Shown here one piece after another: positions 59,632 through 64,000 of a stretch of DNA of 64,000 nt. This DNA is from a virus: the IMG/VR virus record IMGVR_UViG_3300025131_000007, positions 1-64,000 of that record, one strand, 5' to 3'. Both the position numbers and the translations under genes were made by a program. The notes beneath the pieces were generated by a model that was given only the letters and a program-made list of their open reading frames with translations, was not told the DNA's origin and searched no databases. Position 1 is the first letter of the stretch, and each line of letters begins with the position of its first letter.

Positions 59632-59712
59632 ATGAACGAAGATTTTTACGAAGACCCCGATTCAATATCTGACGATGACTATGACGACGATGATTGGGAC
59701 TATGAAGATTAG
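59632..59712 (+). CDS. 26-aa hyperacidic peptide
   Basis: MNEDFYEDPDSISDDDYDDDDWDYED; AGGAGA upstream; not in the ORF track. Confidence 0.5.
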   Translation: MNEDFYEDPDSISDDDYDDDDWDYED

Positions 59713-59740
59713 GGCGTAAACCTGATTAAAAAACAAACAA

Positions 59741-59770
59741 CCGCAGGGAGGCACGGGTTACAGGTGCCTC
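59741..59770 (+). repeat. Intergenic stem-loop element, copy 2
   Basis: ccgcagg-gaggcac-gggttacag-gtgcctc. Confidence 0.75.
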
Positions 59771-59799
59771 GTTTTATTAAACAAACGAGGTGAAAAAAG

Positions 59800-59928
59800 A
59801 TGTTTAATCTACTCCTATATATGTTTACCGCCTGTGGGGAAGTTGAAGATACAGCCGAACCAGAGGTGGTTGAAGAAGAACAAGAAGAGGTGGTTGAAGA
59901 AGAAGATTCTGCCGTTTCTGAAGAGTGA
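59800..59928 (+). CDS. 42-aa acidic lipopeptide
   Basis: MFNLLLYMFTACGEVEDTAEPEVVEEEQEEVVEEEDSAVSEE; GAGGTG Shine-Dalgarno; not in the ORF track. Confidence 0.65.
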   Translation: MFNLLLYMFTACGEVEDTAEPEVVEEEQEEVVEEEDSAVSEE

Positions 59929-59935
59929 ACATATG

Positions 59936-59966
59936 CCGCAGGGAGGCATGGGCTTACAGATGTCTC
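59936..59966 (+). repeat. Intergenic stem-loop element, copy 3 (before recA)
   Basis: ccgcagg-gaggcat-gggcttacag-atgtctc. Confidence 0.75.
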
Positions 59967-59993
59967 GCCATTTTTTAAGGAGGGCAAAAAAGA

Positions 59994-61136
59994 TTGGCAA
60001 GAAAAAAGAAAACTCAAACAGCAGCCGGTAGATTATCAATTCAAGATTTGATATCGGTAGTTAATAAAAAAGCTGGTCGTGATGTTGCGCATGATCTTAC
60101 AGAAGAAAATCCAACCGATGTGAGGGAGTGGATTCCCACTGGTTCACGATGGTTGGATTCTATTATTTGTAAGGGTAAAATCACCGGAATTCCAGTGGGA
60201 AAGGTGACCGAAATCGCCGGCTTAGAATCAACAGGTAAATCCTATATGGCGGCTCAAATTGCAGCCAATGCCCAGAAAATGGGCAAGATAATTGTATACT
60301 TTGATTCGGAGTCAGCAATTGATTCTAAATTTTTAGAGCGGTCAGGGTGCAATCTGCGTAAATTAATGTATGTTCAAGCATATTCTGTGGAATTTGTATT
60401 GGAGACTATCGAAGATCTTTTAGATAAATGCCACGGTGATGATTCGATTGTGTTTATTTGGGATTCGTTGGCATTTACCCCTTCGGTATCGGATGTGGAG
60501 GGAGATTTTAACCCACAGTCATCCATGGCAGTGAAGGCAAGAATTTTAGCAAAAGGAATGTCGAAACTAACAATCCCTATTGCTAATAAAAATGCCGCGC
60601 TCATTGTTCTTAATCAACTGAAGACAAATATACCACAGGGGCCGATGGCAAGGATGATCACAATGACCACACCTTACATAACTCCCGGCGGCAAAGCTAT
60701 GCATTATGCTTATTCTTTGCGTATTTGGCTTACTGGTCGAAAGGCGAAGAGTTCCTTTGTGCAAGATGAAAAAGGATTTCGCATTGGTTCAGAAGTAAAA
60801 GTAAAACTTGAAAAATCACGCTTTGGAACTCAGGGAAGAAATTGTGCTTTTCGTATTTTGTGGGGAACCGACGATATCGGGATCCAGTGCGATGAAAGTC
60901 TTTTTGATGCAATTAAAACATCTGACTATCTAACTAGCGCCGGGGCATGGTATACTCTTCAGATGGGTAACGGAAAAGAAATTAAATTTCAGCCTTCTAA
61001 ATGGAAAGACAAGATGCAAGACAAAGAGTTTAAAGGAAGGGTGTATGAATTAATGGATGAAGAGGTGGTTAGAAAGTTTGATGAGAGAACTGGAAAGGCG
61101 GAGGATTTTTATGAAAAAAACAAGGCTGACAAATGA
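59994..61136 (+). CDS. recA: RecA/UvsX recombinase
   Basis: IPTGS..LD, EIAGLESTGKS, YFDSESA, IWDSLA, LNQL, TPGGKA; TTG start after AAGGAGG. Confidence 0.95.
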   Translation: MARKKKTQTAAGRLSIQDLISVVNKKAGRDVAHDLTEENPTDVREWIPTGSRWLDSIICKGKITGIPVGKVTEIAGLESTGKSYMAAQIAANAQKMGKIIVYFDSESAIDSKFLERSGCNLRKLMYVQAYSVEFVLETIEDLLDKCHGDDSIVFIWDSLAFTPSVSDVEGDFNPQSSMAVKARILAKGMSKLTIPIANKNAALIVLNQLKTNIPQGPMARMITMTTPYITPGGKAMHYAYSLRIWLTGRKAKSSFVQDEKGFRIGSEVKVKLEKSRFGTQGRNCAFRILWGTDDIGIQCDESLFDAIKTSDYLTSAGAWYTLQMGNGKEIKFQPSKWKDKMQDKEFKGRVYELMDEEVVRKFDERTGKAEDFYEKNKADK

Positions 61137-61420
61137 ACGTTAAATTTAAGGAGGGAGATTTGGTTCGAATGGTGGATCCGAGTAGCGGGGATCCGTTCGA
61201 GGCGTTCGAGCATCTTGATGATCCTACATATGTACCCCAAGTTGATTACCTTAAAGGAGTGGGGGTGGTTTTCAGGGTCAATGAGCCGACTGAGTTACCC
61301 CCGCGATTCCAAGATGTGGATGGTAATCCTCTTGTGGAAATGTCTGCGCCTATCTATGAGGTCTTGTTTGGGGGAAAACTTCGCGAGGTCAACTGGACAC
61401 TGTTGGAGAAAGTAGAATGA
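61133..61420 (+). CDS. Hypothetical small beta-barrel-like protein
   Basis: MNVKFKEGDLV..GVV..YEVLFG; ATGA overlaps on both sides. Confidence 0.6.
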   Translation: MNVKFKEGDLVRMVDPSSGDPFEAFEHLDDPTYVPQVDYLKGVGVVFRVNEPTELPPRFQDVDGNPLVEMSAPIYEVLFGGKLREVNWTLLEKVE

Positions 61421-62409
61421 AAAGAGTATTAATAATAGACGCACTCAATGCATACCTGCGCGCCTACATCGTCGATCCGAGCCTGTCTACAAATGGGCAA
61501 CCGATTGGCGGCATAAAAGGGTTTATAAAAATCCTTCAGAAACTCGTAAGACAAACGATACCCAATGAGATTGTGGTTGTGTGGGATGGGCCCAACGGAT
61601 CGCAAAAAAGAAAAATAATAGATAAAAACTATAAAGCTGGGCGCAAACCGATCCGTCTTAATAGATCGGTGCACAATCTTACTGATGATGAAGAACTTCA
61701 CAATAAGATATGGCAACAATCGCGCATAATGGAATATATGAACAATATGCCTATCATCCAGACCATGATACCGGAGATTGAGGCAGATGACGTAATCGCT
61801 TATTTGACACAATTCGATGTATACGCCGGATGGCAAAAGATTATTGTTTCTAATGATAGAGATTTTATGCAGTTGTGTGACAAGGAAACAGTTTTGTGGC
61901 GACCTACGAAGGATGAGGTCTTGAACACTAAGCGCATCGTTGAACAACTTGGTATCCATCCTGTAAATATGGCACTGGCCCGGGCAATTATTGGAGATCC
62001 ATCCGACAATTTGCCCGGGATAAAAGGCGCTGGGTTTGCTACAGTCGCCAAACGGTTGGGTTTTTTAGCGTCAGAAGAGTTTTATACGATTGACAAGGTA
62101 ATTGAATTTTGCAGTAAGTCAACCAGCCGCCTTAAATTTTTTAATAACGTGGTGGAGAACGTGGAGACTATAGAGCACAATTATAAAATGATGCAATTAT
62201 CTGCCCCCCAGATGTCAATTCAATCAAAAGATTTTGTTAGAAATGCAGTGGAAAATTTTGCGTGTGACTTTAATCAAACTGCAGTTTTGGGAATGATGAG
62301 AAAAGATGGGTTTGGTGAATTAAATTGGGAAGAGCTAAAGTCTCATTTATTAAGGATTTCTCGCGAATGTCATGACGAGCCAGCAAAAGAAAATAGTATT
62401 CATGCTTGA
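61417..62409 (+). CDS. 5'-3' exonuclease/flap endonuclease (T4 RNase H, Pol I N-domain-like)
   Basis: LIIDALN, VVWDG, YKAGR, EADDVIA, SNDRDFMQL, GDPSDNLPGIKGAG. Confidence 0.95.
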   Translation: MKRVLIIDALNAYLRAYIVDPSLSTNGQPIGGIKGFIKILQKLVRQTIPNEIVVVWDGPNGSQKRKIIDKNYKAGRKPIRLNRSVHNLTDDEELHNKIWQQSRIMEYMNNMPIIQTMIPEIEADDVIAYLTQFDVYAGWQKIIVSNDRDFMQLCDKETVLWRPTKDEVLNTKRIVEQLGIHPVNMALARAIIGDPSDNLPGIKGAGFATVAKRLGFLASEEFYTIDKVIEFCSKSTSRLKFFNNVVENVETIEHNYKMMQLSAPQMSIQSKDFVRNAVENFACDFNQTAVLGMMRKDGFGELNWEELKSHLLRISRECHDEPAKENSIHA

Positions 62410-62433
62410 CATTTGGTGTCAGTGTGTTATATT
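62406..62433 (+). promoter_or_regulatory. Sigma70-type promoter for helicase
   Basis: TTGACA-16 nt-TATATT with TG extension. Confidence 0.65.
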
Positions 62434-62457
62434 TAAAAGAGTTGAAAGAGGGTTCTT

Positions 62458-63846
62458 ATGTTAAGCGAAAAAGCTAGTTTCGGGCGTTATGGAAAAACAT
62501 TTCAAGAAGGGCTGATCCAATTGATTTTTGAGGATCGCCCTTTTGCTGATCAGGTGACGGAAGTCTTAAATGGTAATTTTTTAGAATTAGAATATTTGCG
62601 TGTTTTCTTGCGTAAGATTATCGAATACCGTGCCAAATATAATCGTCACCCATCATTGGATGCCATGATTACGATCGTGCGCACGGATCTCGAAAATGAA
62701 AGCGAGATTACCCAAAAACAGGTGAGAGAATATTTCACCCGCGTTCATTCTCGAGAAATTACTGATCCTGAATATATTAAAGAAACAGCGTTAGATTTTT
62801 GTCGCAAACAAAATCTGAAAGAAGCCATGCTTCGATCCATACCGCTCTTGCAAAAAAATTCGTTTGATGAAATCTCTCAAGTTATTAATGAAGCATTGAA
62901 GTTGGGATCGGAAAACAATTTTGGGTATGATTACTTGGCAGACTTTGAGAAAAGATTTGAACCCAAACATCGTGTTCCTGTCTCTACGGGGTGGCAAGAT
63001 ATTGATAGAATAATTGGCGGTGGTTTAGGAAAAAGTGAGTTAGGAGTGGTAATTGCCCCCACTGGTGCGGGAAAATCAATGGTGTTGGTGCACTTGGGGG
63101 CGAATGCAATTGCCGAAGGAAAAACTGTTATTCACTACACACTAGAACTTCAAGAGACAGTTATAGCCACTAGGTATGATAGTTGTATTACAGGATATCC
63201 GCTTTCCGACATTATAAATTTTAAAGAAGAAGTATACGAAGAGATTAAAGATATAGAGGGAACCCTTATAGTCAAAGAATATCCTACAAAGTCAGCCTCA
63301 ACGAATACAATTCGTGCACACCTTTCTAGACTTATTAAGAGAGGGATCAGACCAGGAATGATTATTGTTGATTATGCTGATCTTTTAAAACCTGTGGTTG
63401 TGCGAAAAGAGAAAAGAAATGAATTAGAATCTATTTATGAAGAGCTACGAGCTATTTCCACGGAGTTTCAATGCCCTATTTGGACTGCCTCACAAACCAA
63501 CCGATCAGGGTTGAGTGCTGAGGTGATCACTATGGAACAAATCTCGGAAGCTTTTAATAAATGTTTCGTTGCTGATTTTATCTTTTCAGTATCGAGAAGT
63601 ATAGAAGAAAAACAAAACAATCTTGGTAAGATTTTTATTGCAAAAAACAGAAATGGACCAGATGGAATGGTTTATGATATTTTTATGGACACCAGTAACG
63701 TGAAGATTAAAATTTTACCCAAAGCGGTCATTCCCTCGAGGGGAACAAATACCCCACCTTCGGTGGTTACTGCTCCTATCACTTTAGATTCCAAGATGCA
63801 GCGACAGCTTTTGATGACCAAGTATGCCAAATTAAAAGGAAAATAA
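62458..63846 (+). CDS. Replicative DnaB/gp41-like helicase
   Basis: APTGAGKS, YTLEL, IVDYADLL, WTASQTNR, AKNRNG. Confidence 0.95.
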   Translation: MLSEKASFGRYGKTFQEGLIQLIFEDRPFADQVTEVLNGNFLELEYLRVFLRKIIEYRAKYNRHPSLDAMITIVRTDLENESEITQKQVREYFTRVHSREITDPEYIKETALDFCRKQNLKEAMLRSIPLLQKNSFDEISQVINEALKLGSENNFGYDYLADFEKRFEPKHRVPVSTGWQDIDRIIGGGLGKSELGVVIAPTGAGKSMVLVHLGANAIAEGKTVIHYTLELQETVIATRYDSCITGYPLSDIINFKEEVYEEIKDIEGTLIVKEYPTKSASTNTIRAHLSRLIKRGIRPGMIIVDYADLLKPVVVRKEKRNELESIYEELRAISTEFQCPIWTASQTNRSGLSAEVITMEQISEAFNKCFVADFIFSVSRSIEEKQNNLGKIFIAKNRNGPDGMVYDIFMDTSNVKIKILPKAVIPSRGTNTPPSVVTAPITLDSKMQRQLLMTKYAKLKGK

Positions 63847-63848
63847 TT

Positions 63849-64000
63849 ATGAGAAACACACGTGCGATTCGCCGGTTTGGGCTGTCAGAACCCTTTGTTG
63901 AGCCCTACAAAACAACCACGGTTCCATGGGGGCCGTTGGGCTATGTTACCTTCAAACGCACCTATGCTCGCCGCCTCAGCGAGTTCTCCGATGGCGCTGG
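63849..64000 (+). CDS. nrdJ: Class II (B12-dependent) ribonucleotide reductase, 5' part only
   Basis: FGLSEPFVEPYK..VPWGPLGYVTFKRTYAR is typical of monomeric NrdJ N-termini; runs off the window. Confidence 0.7.
   Translation, partial: MRNTRAIRRFGLSEPFVEPYKTTTVPWGPLGYVTFKRTYARRLSEFSDGA

Larger units (their letters stand above)
1..64000 (+). other. Segment of a large T4-related myovirus genome (virion and replication modules)
   Basis: Co-oriented terminase, gp20-like portal, gp21-like protease, gp23-like capsid, sheath, tube, tape measure, gp32-like SSB, RecA and helicase; no integrase or host housekeeping context. Confidence 0.96.

Noticed and set aside
58756-59966. Repeated palindromic element as a mini-CRISPR array
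   Set aside because: Copies are degenerate, unevenly spaced and separated by genes; no cas genes
59834-60031. 65-aa Lys-rich ORF (RWLKKNKKRWLKKK)
   Set aside because: Alternate frame of the acidic lipopeptide at 59800, which has the better Shine-Dalgarno site; it also runs through the stem-loop element
2440-62997. Numerous short minus-strand and nested ORFs in the track
   Set aside because: Shadows of long + strand genes, with no independent signals or recognisable motifs
23070-63846. Introns or inteins in terminase, RecA or helicase
   Set aside because: Lengths are ordinary and motifs contiguous; no intein ends or homing endonuclease seen
1-64000. Stop-codon reassignment as seen in some large phages
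   Set aside because: Core genes are full length in the standard code, and TAA, TAG and TGA all end genes at plausible positions
1-64000. tRNA or rRNA genes
   Set aside because: Intergenic gaps are short and no cloverleaf was seen by eye; tRNAscan was not run

Overview
The whole window is a segment of a large, AT-rich, T4-related myovirus genome; all credible genes lie on the + strand. The gene order is: putative tail/baseplate proteins (1-13.6 kb); a DNA-metabolism island (RuvC-like resolvase, primase, fused Mre11-Rad50/SbcDC, FtsZ/tubulin-like GTPase); probable capsid-internal proteins and a holin/spanin-like cassette; terminase, portal, prohead protease; a phage ribosomal protein bS21; fibre/decoration-like genes; scaffold and major capsid protein; neck, sheath, tube, tail chaperone, tape measure and baseplate; then a replication module (minimal family-A polymerase, degenerate second tubulin, gp32-like SSB, lipoproteins, RecA, 5'-3' exonuclease, DnaB helicase, start of a class II RNR). 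The main signals not in the ORF track are a start-less gp51-like ORF apparently reached by a +1/-2 frameshift on a U7 run upstream of the tape measure gene, three copies of a small pseudoknot-like intergenic element around the SSB-recA region, an ACTATTTA late-promoter motif, a shared N-terminal leader on putative packaged proteins, and several unannotated small ORFs. All calls come from reading motifs by eye; no database searches or folding programs were run.
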